NCBI GenBank assembly: GCA_023252095.1
Contig: JAHEXN010000002.1
Span: 1 to 39,461 of the forward strand
Reading direction: 5' to 3'
Source of the DNA: Actinomycetes bacterium
GTDB lineage: Bacteria; Actinomycetota; Actinomycetes; Propionibacteriales; Nocardioidaceae
DNA: 39,461 nucleotides
The notes below the pieces were generated by a model. That model saw nothing but the letters and a program-made list of their open reading frames with translations, was not told the origin of the DNA and did not search any database. Numbering within the stretch: the stretch's first letter is position 1; each line of letters opens with the position of its first letter. The translations under genes and the position numbers were made by a program. Of the stretch, positions 25,297-35,334 are shown piece after piece.

Positions 25297-26220
25297 CTAG
25301 GTCAGGAGAGCCGTGATGAGCGCGACGGCTGGGACCGACAGCAGGGTCGAGGCGAAGATCGCGTCGCGCGCCAGGATCGTGGCGCGGCCGTACCGGCTCG
25401 CGATGACGAAGATGTTCTGCGCCGTCGGGAGCGCCGCGATGACCGTGACAGCAAGCAGCTCCGGGCCCTCCAGGCCCAGAGCGAAGCGCGCGACGGCGTA
25501 CGCCACGAGCGGCTGCACGACCATCTTCAGTGTGACGATCGTCCAGAGCAGTCGGGGCCGGTCACCGGTGCCGGGCCGCGGTCCGAGCCGCAGCGAGATG
25601 CCGTAGGCGATCAGCATGCCGGGCACCGCCATGCCGCCGACGAGCTCGAGCGGGTCGTGCACGACGCGGGGGAGCGGGGTCGACGTGACCGACAGCAGGA
25701 CACCCACGATCGAGCCGAGGGTGAGCGGGTTGCGGAACGGGCGCGACATGACCTGGAGCCAGGAGAGCCGTTGCTCGGCGACCGCCGAGTCCAACACGGT
25801 GAGGACGAGCGGCTGGAGCAGCAGCATCTGCAGCAGGAGCGCGGGGGCGACGAGTGCGGCGTCGCCGAGCACGTAGGCCGCGATCGGCAGGCCCAGGTTG
25901 CCGGCGTTGACGTACGACGCGGAGAGCGCTCCCACGACGGTGTCGGCGAGGTCCTGCCGGAACACGAACCGGGCCAGCAGGACGTAGAGCGTCACGACGA
26001 CCAGGACCGAGGAGACCGTGGCGATGAGATTGGCCGACAAGACCGTCGACACGTCGGCGTCGGACAGCACGGTGACCATCAGGGCCGGACTCGCGACGTA
26101 GAACGCGAGCTTCGAGAGCATCTGCTGCGCGGCGAGGTCGAACAGCCCGACCCGGGCCAGGCCCCATCCGAGAGTGATGACGGCGATGATCGTCGCGAAG
26201 CCCTCGACCACACCCGTCAC
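25297..26220 (-). CDS. AEC (auxin efflux carrier) family transporter
   Basis: FYVASPAL, NAGNLGLPI, ALPTAQN; start uncertain (26220 or 26229). Confidence 0.85.
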   Translation of the reverse strand: MTGVVEGFATIIAVITLGWGLARVGLFDLAAQQMLSKLAFYVASPALMVTVLSDADVSTVLSANLIATVSSVLVVVTLYVLLARFVFRQDLADTVVGALSASYVNAGNLGLPIAAYVLGDAALVAPALLLQMLLLQPLVLTVLDSAVAEQRLSWLQVMSRPFRNPLTLGSIVGVLLSVTSTPLPRVVHDPLELVGGMAVPGMLIAYGISLRLGPRPGTGDRPRLLWTIVTLKMVVQPLVAYAVARFALGLEGPELLAVTVIAALPTAQNIFVIASRYGRATILARDAIFASTLLSVPAVALITALLT

Positions 26221-26368
26221 TCGTCCCATGATCCCGCACGAACGGGCGTCCCGCGCCGGAGGGGCGCTGTCGGACCGCATCGGCATCACGCGATGCCGGT
26301 TGGTCATGACCATCTCGGCGGCCTCGGTCGACTGCGGTCGTCGCGGCGAACGTTGCTAGCGTCGGGGA

Positions 26369-27265
26369 ATGTCGTCACGCGTGCTCCTGTCGTGCCCCCT
26401 GCCGTCCGATCTCGCTGGTGCGCTGGTCCAGCGGTACGAGGCCGTGACGGAGCCCGGACCGGGCGTCACGGTGGCCGTCACGACCTCCCGATACGGGTTG
26501 TCGGCCGAGCAGATCGCCGACCTGCCCGACTTGAGGGCCATCGCGAGCTTCGGCGTGGGTTACGACTCGATCGACCTCGACGCCGTCAGGGAGCGCGGCA
26601 TCGCGGTCAGCACGACGCCGGACGTCCTGACCGACGCGGTGGCCGATCTCGCCGTGGGCCTGCTGATCGACTCGGTCCGCAAGCTCAGCGCGTCGGACCG
26701 CTACGTGCGTCGCGGTGACTGGGTCACGGAGGGCACGTACCCGCTCACGGGCCACGTGACCGGGCGCAAGGTCGGCGTCGTCGGCCTCGGCCGGATCGGG
26801 CAGGCCATCGCCGACCGGCTGACGGCGTTCCGCTGCGAGATCGGCTACCACAACCGGCGCGAGGCCGACGTCGCGTACCCGTGGTTCCCGTCGGTCGTCG
26901 AGCTCGCCGCGTGGGCCGACGTGCTCGTGCTGGCCGCGCCTGGCAGCGGAGACCCGATCGTGGGTGCCCCGGAGCTCGAGGCCCTCGGTGCCGACGGTCA
27001 CCTCGTCAACATCGGCCGGGGAAGCCTGGTCGACGAGCCGGCGCTGATCGCTGCGCTGACCGCGGGCACCATCGCTGGGGCGGGCCTCGACGTGTTCGCC
27101 GACGAGCCGAACGTGTCGGAGGAGCTGCGGGCGCTCGAGTCGGTCGTCCTGGCGCCGCACGTCGGCTCGGCAACGCACGACACGCGCCGCGCGATGGCCG
27201 ACCTGGTGCTCGCCAACGTCGAGGCGTTCCTCGAGCGCGGCGAGCTCGTGACCCCGCTGACGTGA
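26369..27265 (+). CDS. D-isomer-specific 2-hydroxyacid dehydrogenase
   Basis: GVGYD, GLGRIG, VNIGRG, LDVF..EP, PHVGSAT. Confidence 0.9.
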   Translation: MSSRVLLSCPLPSDLAGALVQRYEAVTEPGPGVTVAVTTSRYGLSAEQIADLPDLRAIASFGVGYDSIDLDAVRERGIAVSTTPDVLTDAVADLAVGLLIDSVRKLSASDRYVRRGDWVTEGTYPLTGHVTGRKVGVVGLGRIGQAIADRLTAFRCEIGYHNRREADVAYPWFPSVVELAAWADVLVLAAPGSGDPIVGAPELEALGADGHLVNIGRGSLVDEPALIAALTAGTIAGAGLDVFADEPNVSEELRALESVVLAPHVGSATHDTRRAMADLVLANVEAFLERGELVTPLT

Positions 27266-27275
27266 CCCCCACGTC

Positions 27276-28022
27276 ATGACAGAGGCGCTGCTCGTCCTCG
27301 CGGGGATCGGCGCCGGGCTGTGCGGCTCGGTCGCCGGGCTCGCGTCGCTCGTGAGCTATCCGGCGCTGCTGGCGTTCGGGCTGCCGCCGCTCGTCGCGAA
27401 CGTCACGAACACGACCGCGATGGTCGGCACGGCTGCGGGCTCGATCAGCGGGTCGCAGCCCGAGCTGAGAGGCCAGGGCCGGCGGGTCGGCGTGCTCGTG
27501 GCCCAGACCTTCGTCGGCGGGCTGCTCGGCGCGGCGCTCCTGCTGTCGATGCCGGCCGAGGCGTTCGAGGCCGTGGTGCCCTGGCTCGTCGCGCTCGGCT
27601 CGGTGCTGCTGCTGGCGCGCGACCGCATCCGTGCGTGGGCCGTTCGGCGCGACCAGGCCCGGGGCGTGCCGGGGCCCCGGTGGACAGGGCCAGTGCTGAT
27701 GGTGCTCGTCGGCGTCTACGGCGGCTACTTCGGAGCCGGCGTCGGTATCATCGCGCTCGCGATCCTCGCCGCCCGGACCTCCGAGCCCATCGCGATCACG
27801 AATGCGGTCAAGAACGTCGCGACGGGCGTCTCCAACCTGGCGGCCGTGCTCGTGTTCGTGGTCGTCGCCGATGTCGACTGGAAGGCCGCGCTCCTGCTCG
27901 GCGCGGGTGCCGTCGTGGGCGCCGCCGCCGGTCCGTGGGTCGTGCGCCGGGTGCCGGAGAAGCCGTTCCGGATCGCCGTCGCGATCGCGGGCCTCGGCCT
28001 CGCGGTCTCGCTGGCCGTCTAG
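27276..28022 (+). CDS. TauE/SafE (TSUP) family permease
   Basis: GLASLVSYPALL.G.PP.VANVTN, YGGYFGAGVG. Confidence 0.85.
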   Translation: MTEALLVLAGIGAGLCGSVAGLASLVSYPALLAFGLPPLVANVTNTTAMVGTAAGSISGSQPELRGQGRRVGVLVAQTFVGGLLGAALLLSMPAEAFEAVVPWLVALGSVLLLARDRIRAWAVRRDQARGVPGPRWTGPVLMVLVGVYGGYFGAGVGIIALAILAARTSEPIAITNAVKNVATGVSNLAAVLVFVVVADVDWKAALLLGAGAVVGAAAGPWVVRRVPEKPFRIAVAIAGLGLAVSLAV

Positions 28023-28032
28023 CGCTCGGGCC

Positions 28033-29376
28033 TCAGCGCACCAGGCAGGGACGCTTGGAGTCGAACTGCCAGCCGGGCACGAGGTATTGCATCGCGACCG
28101 CGTCGTCACGGGAGCCGAGACCGTGCTCGAGGTAGAGCTCGTGCGCCGCGGCGACACGGTCGTCGTCGAGGGTCACGCCGAGGCCCGGCGCGTCGGGCAC
28201 CGCGATCGCGCCGTCGACGATCTGCGGAGCCTTGACCGTGAGGTCCTGGCCGTCCTGCCAGATCCAGTGCGTGTCGAGCGCCGTGATCTCGCCCGGAGCG
28301 GCGGCGCCGACGTGGGTGAACATCGCGAGCGAGACGTCGAAGTGGTTGTTGGAGTGCGAGCCCCAGGTGAGGCCGAAGTCGTGGCAGAGCTGCGCCACGC
28401 GCACCGAGCCGCGCATCGTCCAGAAGTGCGGGTCGGCCAGCGGGATGTCGACCGACTGCTCGCGGACCGCGTGGGCCATCTCGCGCCAGTCCGTCGCGAT
28501 CATGTTGGTCGCAGTGGGCAGGCCCGTCGCCCGCCGGAACTCCGCCATCGTCTCGCGGCCGGAGAACCGGCCCTCGGGACCGCACGGGTCCTCGGCGTAG
28601 GCCAGCACGTCGCGCAGGCTGCGACCGATCTCGATCGCGTCGGCGAGCAGCCAGCCGCCGTTGGGATCGAGGGTGATCCGGGCCTCGGGGAACGCCTCCT
28701 TGAGGGCACGCACCGCCTCGGCCTCTTCGCGGCCGGCGAGCACGCCGCCCTTGAGCTTGAAGTCGGTGAAGCCGTACCGGTCGGCGGCGGCGCGCGCGAG
28801 GCGCACGATGCCGTCGGGGACCATCGCCTCGAGGCGGCGCACGCGCTCCCAGTCGTCAACAGGCGCGTCCTCGTGCAGGTACGGCAGGTCGGTGCGGCTC
28901 GTGTCGCCCACGTAGAAGAGGTAGCCGAGCATCGGCACGTGCGAGCGTTGCTGCCCGTCGCCGAGCAGCTCGGCGACCGGCACCCCGAGGTGCTGGCCGT
29001 GCAGGTCGAGCAGCGCGGACTCCAGCGCCGTGACGGCGTGGATCGTGGTGCGCTGGTCGAACGTCTGCACGCCCCGGCCGCCGGCGTCCCGGTCGGCATA
29101 CGTCGTAGCGACCTGGCGCAGGAGTGATCCGTACCGGGCGACCGGCTGACCCACGAGCTGGCTCGCGGCGTCGTCGATCGTCTGGCGGATCGACTCGCCG
29201 CCGGGCACCTCGCCGACGCCCGTGCGGCCGTCGCTGTCGGTCACGAGGGCGAGGTTGCGGGTGAAGAACGGGCCGTGTGCGCCGCTGAGGTTCAGCAGCA
29301 TGCTGTCGTGCCCCGCGACGGGGACGGCCTTGACGCTGGCGATCGTGGGCCCCGACGTCGTGCGCAGTGCAGTCAT
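28033..29376 (-). CDS. gudD: glucarate dehydratase (enolase superfamily)
   Basis: [65 protein letters not shown]. Confidence 0.93.
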   Translation of the reverse strand: MTALRTTSGPTIASVKAVPVAGHDSMLLNLSGAHGPFFTRNLALVTDSDGRTGVGEVPGGESIRQTIDDAASQLVGQPVARYGSLLRQVATTYADRDAGGRGVQTFDQRTTIHAVTALESALLDLHGQHLGVPVAELLGDGQQRSHVPMLGYLFYVGDTSRTDLPYLHEDAPVDDWERVRRLEAMVPDGIVRLARAAADRYGFTDFKLKGGVLAGREEAEAVRALKEAFPEARITLDPNGGWLLADAIEIGRSLRDVLAYAEDPCGPEGRFSGRETMAEFRRATGLPTATNMIATDWREMAHAVREQSVDIPLADPHFWTMRGSVRVAQLCHDFGLTWGSHSNNHFDVSLAMFTHVGAAAPGEITALDTHWIWQDGQDLTVKAPQIVDGAIAVPDAPGLGVTLDDDRVAAAHELYLEHGLGSRDDAVAMQYLVPGWQFDSKRPCLVR

Positions 29377-29383
29377 GCGCGTC

Positions 29384-29450
29384 ACACTACGAGTCGGCGT
29401 GATTCCCGTCCAAGATCAAGTGCGGATCGAGTGATGCCTGCGAGGTATCA
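29384..29450 (-). promoter_or_regulatory. gudD promoter: LysR box (TGATGC-N7-GTATCA, 29432-29450), N18, TTGGAC, N18, TAGTGT
   Basis: Same architecture as the sites at 30323 and 39100. Confidence 0.72.
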
Positions 29451-30323
29451 GCCCTCGAGGGCGTCCAGGACGGTCTGCAGTGCGGGGTTGTCGGAGTCGC
29501 GCGACCAGAGAAGGTGGAGCTCGGCCTGCTGGTCGGTCACGCCGCGCAGGGACAGGTAGGTCACGCCGTCGATGTGCAGCCCCTGCGCCGACTCCGGCAC
29601 GAACGCAACGCCACGCCGGCCGGCGACGAGCCAGATCATCGTGAGGATCTGGCTCACGGTGTGCACGACGTTCTGGTGACCGACCGGCACCATGCGCACC
29701 ACGAGGTTGGAGAAGTAACGCGCCTTGGTGGGGGAGTGCATCACGAGGGGCTCCTGCACGAGGTCGTCGGCCACGACGTCGCGCCCGAGCGTCGTCATCC
29801 AGTGGCCGACCGGCACCGCGAGGACCATGGGCTCGGCATGGAGCAGGCGCGACGCGAACTGGTCGGTGTCGAACGGAGGCCGCGCGAGGCCCAGGTCGAG
29901 CTCGCCGGACAGCAGGCCCGCGACCTGCTCGCTCGTGACCATCTCGTAGAGGTCCAGGTCGATGTCGGGCGCCTCGGTCGCGATCGCGTTGAGGACGCGG
30001 GTCAGGGTGCCGTAGGTCGAGGCGGCGGTGAAGCCGATGCGGACGGTGCCGGTGGAGCCGGCGGCGATGCGACGGGCCCGGTCCGGCGCAACCTCGGCCA
30101 GGGTCAGCAGGCGGCGCGCCTCGGCGAGGAACGCCGTGCCGGCCGGGGTGAGTGAGACCTTACGGTTGTCTCGGTCCAGCAGGCGCACGCCGACGGACCG
30201 CTCGAGCTTCTGGATCTGACGGCTGAGCGGCGGCTGGGTCATGAGGAGACGTTCGGCGGCCCGGCCGAAGTGCAGCTCCTCGGCGACGGCGACGAATCCG
30301 CGCAGCTGGTCGAGGGAGAACAT
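29448..30323 (-). CDS. LysR family regulator of the hexarate cluster
   Basis: QLRGFVAVAEELHFGRAAERL.MTQPPLSRQIQKLE. Confidence 0.92.
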   Translation of the reverse strand: MFSLDQLRGFVAVAEELHFGRAAERLLMTQPPLSRQIQKLERSVGVRLLDRDNRKVSLTPAGTAFLAEARRLLTLAEVAPDRARRIAAGSTGTVRIGFTAASTYGTLTRVLNAIATEAPDIDLDLYEMVTSEQVAGLLSGELDLGLARPPFDTDQFASRLLHAEPMVLAVPVGHWMTTLGRDVVADDLVQEPLVMHSPTKARYFSNLVVRMVPVGHQNVVHTVSQILTMIWLVAGRRGVAFVPESAQGLHIDGVTYLSLRGVTDQQAELHLLWSRDSDNPALQTVLDALEG

Positions 30324-30389
30324 GATGCAGTCAAGGTATCACCTGATGTCCCATTGGGCTTGGACATGCATGAATCCCAAATCTAAAGT
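30323..30389 (+). promoter_or_regulatory. tctC promoter: LysR box (30323-30341), N18, TTGGAC, N18, TAAAGT
   Basis: tgatgc agtcaag gtatca overlapping the lysR start codon. Confidence 0.72.
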
Positions 30390-30444
30390 CGCCACGTGCC
30401 CTCGGCGTGACGCCGCTCACACGGGCCGGATCGAAGGAGACACC

Positions 30445-31446
30445 ATGACCACCTCACCCACGCGACGCCTCAAGGCGCTCGCCGGCGTGGCCGTTCTGGC
30501 CCTGGGCCTGTCCGCCTGCGGCGGCGGCAACCTCGGCTCCGACGACTCGGGCGAGAACTTCCCCGACGGCGCGATCAACCTGACCGTCGGCCAGGACCCG
30601 GGCGGCAGCACCGACCTCATCGCCCGCGCGCTCGCGGGCCCGGTCTCCGACGACCTGGGTGTCGAGGTCCCGGTCCTCAACCGCCCCGGTGCCAACGGCG
30701 CGCTTGCGGCCAAGGAGCTCGCCTCCAAGTCGCCCAACGGCCAGGAGCTCATGGTCATGAACCTCTCGCTCGTGGCCATCACGAGCCTGACGGTCCCGGA
30801 GGACGACGCGGTCGACCTCGACGACTACACCGTCATCACCGGCATCTCCGAGGACGACTACGTGCTGGTCTCGAACTCCGGCAGCGGGCTCGAGACGATC
30901 GATGACCTGAAGGCCGCCGGCAGCGTCGACTACGCGACGACCGGCACCGGAACCGGCAGCCAGCTCTCCTCGGCCCTGTTGTTCAAGCTCGCCGAGATCG
31001 ACGGCACCGCCGTGCCGTTCGACGGCGGATCGCCGGCCCTGACCGCCGTCCTCGGCAACCAGGTCGACGTCGCCAGCATCCAGCTCGGTGAGGCCGTGCC
31101 GCAGATCGAGGCCGGCACCATCACGCCGATCGTGACGTTCGCTGCCGACCGCAACGAGTTCCTCGATGACGTGCCCACGGCCGTCGAGGAGGGCTATGAC
31201 GTCGAGGTCGCCCAGGCCCGCGCGATCGTCGGTCCGAAGGACATGTCCGACGACGTCGTCAAGGAGCTGCGCGACGCCTTCACGAAGGCCTTCGAGACCA
31301 AGGACTACCAGGCCTTCAACGAGAAGAACCTCCTGCGTCCGCAGGAGCTCGACGGCGCCGAGCTGACCGAGGCCTGGAACCAGTCGATCGAGACCTACCG
31401 TCAGCTGACGGAGGAGCAGGGCATCGACCTCGGGTCCTCCGAATGA
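30445..31446 (+). CDS. tctC: tripartite tricarboxylate transporter substrate-binding lipoprotein
   Basis: Lipobox LSAC, PGGSTDLIAR, NRPGANG, VPFDGG; GAAGGAG SD. Confidence 0.88.
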   Translation: MTTSPTRRLKALAGVAVLALGLSACGGGNLGSDDSGENFPDGAINLTVGQDPGGSTDLIARALAGPVSDDLGVEVPVLNRPGANGALAAKELASKSPNGQELMVMNLSLVAITSLTVPEDDAVDLDDYTVITGISEDDYVLVSNSGSGLETIDDLKAAGSVDYATTGTGTGSQLSSALLFKLAEIDGTAVPFDGGSPALTAVLGNQVDVASIQLGEAVPQIEAGTITPIVTFAADRNEFLDDVPTAVEEGYDVEVAQARAIVGPKDMSDDVVKELRDAFTKAFETKDYQAFNEKNLLRPQELDGAELTEAWNQSIETYRQLTEEQGIDLGSSE

Positions 31447-31997
31447 GCGAGCCGATGACGCCGGACCGCGCCGAGACCCCTGTGACGGCCGAGGCTGGGC
31501 CGACCGAGGCTGGGAGCGTCGACGAGCTCGTCGCCCAGTGGGAGGACGAGAAGCCTCCCGCGTCGGGTCCGGTCACCAACGTCGCGACGGGTGCCCTCGT
31601 GGCCCTGCTCGGCGTGGCTGGCGTCATCGGCTCCCGCTCGCTCGGGGTGGGCAGCGCCTCGGAGCCCGCTCCGGGCACCTGGCCCCTGATCATCTCGATC
31701 GGGCTGGTCGTGCTGGGTCTGGTGCTCGTGATGCGCGCTCGCACGGCCGGGTTCGGCGAGAAGTTCAGCGTTGACAGCTGGCGGGTCGCCTCCGGTCTGG
31801 CCACGATGATCGCGTTCACCCTGCTGATCGGTGAGATCGGCTTCGAGATCCCCGCCGCGCTGCTGGCCTTCTTCTGGCTCAAGGTCCTCGGCAACGAGGG
31901 CTGGCGGTCGTCGGTCATCGGCGCCGTGCTGATGCCGGTCGTCTTCTACCTGATCTTCGTCACCGCACTGTCGACGAACATCCCCCACCGGTTCTAG
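31443..31997 (+). CDS. tctB: tripartite tricarboxylate transporter small membrane subunit
   Basis: PAPGTWP, IGFEI, about four TM segments, located between tctC and tctA. Confidence 0.82.
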   Translation: MSEPMTPDRAETPVTAEAGPTEAGSVDELVAQWEDEKPPASGPVTNVATGALVALLGVAGVIGSRSLGVGSASEPAPGTWPLIISIGLVVLGLVLVMRARTAGFGEKFSVDSWRVASGLATMIAFTLLIGEIGFEIPAALLAFFWLKVLGNEGWRSSVIGAVLMPVVFYLIFVTALSTNIPHRF

Positions 31998-32008
31998 GAC
32001 ACCCTGAA

Positions 32009-33508
32009 ATGGACTTTGCACCTGTCATCGACGGCTTCGGGGTCGTCCTTCAGCCCGAGAACCTGCTCTACTGCCTGATCGGCGTCACGGTCGGCATGCT
32101 GATCGGCGTGCTGCCGGGCCTCGGCCCGGCCGCCACCGTCGCGATCCTGCTGCCCATCACGCTGACGGTCGAGCCCGTCACGGCCATCATCATGCTGGCC
32201 GGCATCTTCTACGGCGCCCAGTACGGCGGCACCATCACGTCGGTCCTGCTGCGGCTTCCCGGTGAGGCGTCATCGGTCGTCACGGTGTTCGACGGCTACG
32301 CGATGGCCCGCCAGGGCCGCGCTGGCGCGGCTCTCGGCATCGCCGCGATCGGCTCGTTCGTCGGTGGCACGCTTGCCATCATCGGCCTGACGTTCTTCGC
32401 GCCGCTCGTGGCGTCGTTCGCCCTCGACTTCGGCCCGCCGGAGTACACGATCCTGGCGCTGCTCGGCATCCTGCTCGTCGCCTCGGTCGGCAGCGGCACC
32501 CTGGTCAAGGCGCTCATCGCCGCCGCGATCGGCCTGCTGCTCGCGACGATCGGCCGCGACAGCTTCACCGGCTCGGAGCGCTTCACGTTCGGGATCCTGC
32601 AGCTCAGCGACGCGCTCGACTTCGTGCCAATCGCGATGGGCGTCTTCGGTCTCGGCGAGATCCTCTACAACCTCGAGGACCGGAACAACAACACCAAGGC
32701 GCCCACCAAGGTCACCAAGGTGCTGCCCAGCAAGGCGGAGCTCAAGCAGTCCTCCGGCGCGATCGGCCGCGGATCGGTCATCGGCTTCTTCCTCGGCATC
32801 CTGCCCGGCGGTGGCGCGGTCCTGTCGTCGCTCGCGGCGTACGCGTACGAGAAGAAGCGCTCCAAGAACCCCGAGCGCTTCGGCCAGGGCGCGATCGAAG
32901 GCGTTGCCGCCCCCGAGTCGGCCAACAACGCCGCCGCGACCTCGTCGTTCATCCCGCTTCTGACGCTCGGCATCCCGGCCAACGCCACGATCGCCGTGAT
33001 CTACGGTGCGCTGTTGATCCAGGGCGTCACGCCCGGTCCGCAGCTCGTCGAGGACCACCCCGACATCTTCTGGGGCGTCGTCAACTCGATGTACATCGGC
33101 AACGTCTTCCTGCTGATCATGAGCATCCCGCTCATCGGACTCTTCGTGAAGATCCTGCAGGTGCGCGCCGCGATCCTCGCGCCCATCACGGTGCTCATCA
33201 CGCTGATCGGTGCCTACACGATCAACAACAGCGTGTTCGACATCTTCCTGGTGTGCCTGTTTGGCGCGATCGGGTACCTCATGAAGAAGGTCGGGCTCGA
33301 ACCCGGGCCGCTCGTCCTGGCATTCGTGCTCGGTGTGCTCCTCGAGAGCTCGCTGCGCCGTTCGCTGATCCTGTTCGGCGGTGACCCGACCGGCTTCCTC
33401 GGGCGACCGATCTCGGGCACGCTGGTGGCGATCCTCGTCGCCGTGATCGCGTTCCCGCTCATCGCGAAGCTGTGGAAGAGCAAGTCCAAGCAGAAGGAGC
33501 TCGTATGA
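32009..33508 (+). CDS. tctA: tripartite tricarboxylate transporter large membrane subunit
   Basis: [30 protein letters not shown]. Confidence 0.92.
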   Translation: MDFAPVIDGFGVVLQPENLLYCLIGVTVGMLIGVLPGLGPAATVAILLPITLTVEPVTAIIMLAGIFYGAQYGGTITSVLLRLPGEASSVVTVFDGYAMARQGRAGAALGIAAIGSFVGGTLAIIGLTFFAPLVASFALDFGPPEYTILALLGILLVASVGSGTLVKALIAAAIGLLLATIGRDSFTGSERFTFGILQLSDALDFVPIAMGVFGLGEILYNLEDRNNNTKAPTKVTKVLPSKAELKQSSGAIGRGSVIGFFLGILPGGGAVLSSLAAYAYEKKRSKNPERFGQGAIEGVAAPESANNAAATSSFIPLLTLGIPANATIAVIYGALLIQGVTPGPQLVEDHPDIFWGVVNSMYIGNVFLLIMSIPLIGLFVKILQVRAAILAPITVLITLIGAYTINNSVFDIFLVCLFGAIGYLMKKVGLEPGPLVLAFVLGVLLESSLRRSLILFGGDPTGFLGRPISGTLVAILVAVIAFPLIAKLWKSKSKQKELV

Positions 33509-33894
33509 CCGTGCTGGTGGGATTCCTCCCGACGGCCGAGGGTGAGGCCGCGTTCCGCGCCGGGCTCGACGAGGCGAAGCGTCGCGGCGAGAGCCTGACC
33601 CTCGTCAACTCTCCACGCAGCGGCGCTCCCGTCACGGCGAGCAAGGCCGACGAGGACGCGCTCGCCGAGCTCGTCGCCGCGGCCGCTGCGGCCGACATCG
33701 AGCTCGTGGTGCGCCAGGACGCGCACGACGACGACCTCGCGGGCACCCTTCTGGAGATCGCCGACGAGGTCGACGCCTCGGTCATCGTGATCGGCCTGCG
33801 TCACCGCTCGGTCGTGGGGAAGCTCCTGATGGGCAGCAGTGCTCAGCGTCTGCTGCTCGACAGCACGCGCCCCGTGCTCGCCGTCAAGCCGTAA
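33505..33894 (+). CDS. universal stress protein
   Basis: IVIGLRHRS.VGKLLMGS.AQRLLLD..PVLAVK; ATGA overlap with tctA. Confidence 0.88.
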   Translation: MTVLVGFLPTAEGEAAFRAGLDEAKRRGESLTLVNSPRSGAPVTASKADEDALAELVAAAAAADIELVVRQDAHDDDLAGTLLEIADEVDASVIVIGLRHRSVVGKLLMGSSAQRLLLDSTRPVLAVKP

Positions 33895-33899
33895 CCCGG

Positions 33900-34895
33900 A
33901 TGCGCGCCGCCTTCATGCAGGAGGCCGGCCGCGTGGAGGTCGGGGACTTCCCCGAGCCCACAGCGGGTCCGGGCGAGGTGCTGGTGCGGATGCACCACGC
34001 GTCGATCTGCGGCTCCGACACCCATGTCGTGCTCGACGGTTTCCACCGTCCCGAGCGCTTCGGCGATCCGGGCTACCCCGGGCACGAGGGGGTCGGCGTG
34101 GTGGCGGTGTCGCAGTCCGACCGCTTCGCTGCGGGTGACCGCGTGCTGACCGTGCCGCCCGGCTGGCTCGGCGCCTGCTGGGCGGAGCTCCAGGTCGTGC
34201 CCGAGGCGTACCTGGTGCCGATCCCTGACGGGGTCTCCCTCGAGCGCGGGCTCATGGCCCAGCAGCTCGGCACCACGATGTTCGCGATGAAGAAGTTCGG
34301 GCACCCTGACGGCGACGTCGCGGTCGTGATCGGTGCCGGCTCGGCCGGACTGTACTTCGTGCAGCACCTGCGGCGCCTCGGCTACCCGCACGTCGTCGTC
34401 GCCGAGCCTGATGCCGACCGACGTGCCCTTGCCGCCGGGCTCGGTGCGACGCGGGTCGTGGACCCGGCGGGGGAGTCGCTCGTCGAGGTCGTGGCCGCGC
34501 TCACCTCCGGTTCGGGCGCCGCGCTCGTGATCGAGGCGGCGGGCTACGACGCCCTGCGCGCCGCCGCGATCGAGATGGTGCGCCACAGCGGCACGGTCGG
34601 CTTCTTCGGCTACCCCGAGCGCAGCGGCGATGCGCCGTACCCGTCATTTCTGGCCTTCCGCCGCAACGTCTCGATCGAGTGGGTCAACGGTGCCCAGCTC
34701 GAGCCGGGTCTCGCCTCGTTCCGCGAGGCCATGGCGCTGATCGCGGCCGGTGAGATCGCGGTCGACCACTGCCTCGAGCGCTTCCTCGACCTCGAGGACG
34801 TCGATGCCGCCGTCCGCGTGGCGAAGCAGGCCGGCGGGGGAGCGGCGAAGATCAACCTCACGCTGCCCGCGGGACGTATGGCCTCCGCTGGTTGA
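33900..34895 (+). CDS. zinc-dependent medium-chain dehydrogenase
   Basis: ICGSD, PGHEGVG, GDRV, GAGSAG. Confidence 0.82.
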   Translation: MRAAFMQEAGRVEVGDFPEPTAGPGEVLVRMHHASICGSDTHVVLDGFHRPERFGDPGYPGHEGVGVVAVSQSDRFAAGDRVLTVPPGWLGACWAELQVVPEAYLVPIPDGVSLERGLMAQQLGTTMFAMKKFGHPDGDVAVVIGAGSAGLYFVQHLRRLGYPHVVVAEPDADRRALAAGLGATRVVDPAGESLVEVVAALTSGSGAALVIEAAGYDALRAAAIEMVRHSGTVGFFGYPERSGDAPYPSFLAFRRNVSIEWVNGAQLEPGLASFREAMALIAAGEIAVDHCLERFLDLEDVDAAVRVAKQAGGGAAKINLTLPAGRMASAG

Positions 34896-35260
34896 GGCAT
34901 GAGTGCGCCCCTGGCGCGCGAGCCTCGAAACCTCGTACACCTGACCGCACCGGTCACCCCGGACAAGCGGCCACGGACCAGGCGGCGGGGCGGACGAGCG
35001 ATGCTGCGTTTGGGCTGCCCTGGCTACCGGAAAGCCTCATCTCTGGTCCGCGACCGACCAGCACCGATGCATCCGGGTAGCCCCAGCGACCCGGATGCAT
35101 CATCCTCGGTCCACCCGGCAGCGCGCGGCACCCGAGGGGCCCCCTCCGCCGTGGTCCGTGGCCGCTTGTCCGGTGCCACGGCGGGCGGTCACCTGACCGG
35201 TGGTTTCGCCCTTCGAGGCTCACTCGTTCCTCGCTCGCACCTCAGGACCCGGCTCAACCG
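34890..35260. repeat. composite REP / inverted-repeat mosaic (MITE-like core 34959-35173)
   Basis: REP copies at both ends, 22-bp perfect inverted repeat, inner 13-bp hairpin. Confidence 0.65.
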
Positions 35261-35288
35261 GCGGGTGCCGGGGACCCCAGACGCACGA

Positions 35289-35319
35289 GACCCCCTCCAC
35301 TCGCGGGGTGGAGGGGGTC
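35289..35319. terminator. hairpin terminator downstream of the kdgD operon
   Basis: GACCCCCTCCAC-N7-GTGGAGGGGGTC. Confidence 0.72.
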
Positions 35320-35334
35320 AGCTCGTGTGAGGGA

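Noticed and set aside
34899-35330. 143-aa ORF across the repeat mosaic
   Set aside because: Low-complexity Arg/Pro/Gly translation of REP and inverted-repeat DNA without coding-like codon bias
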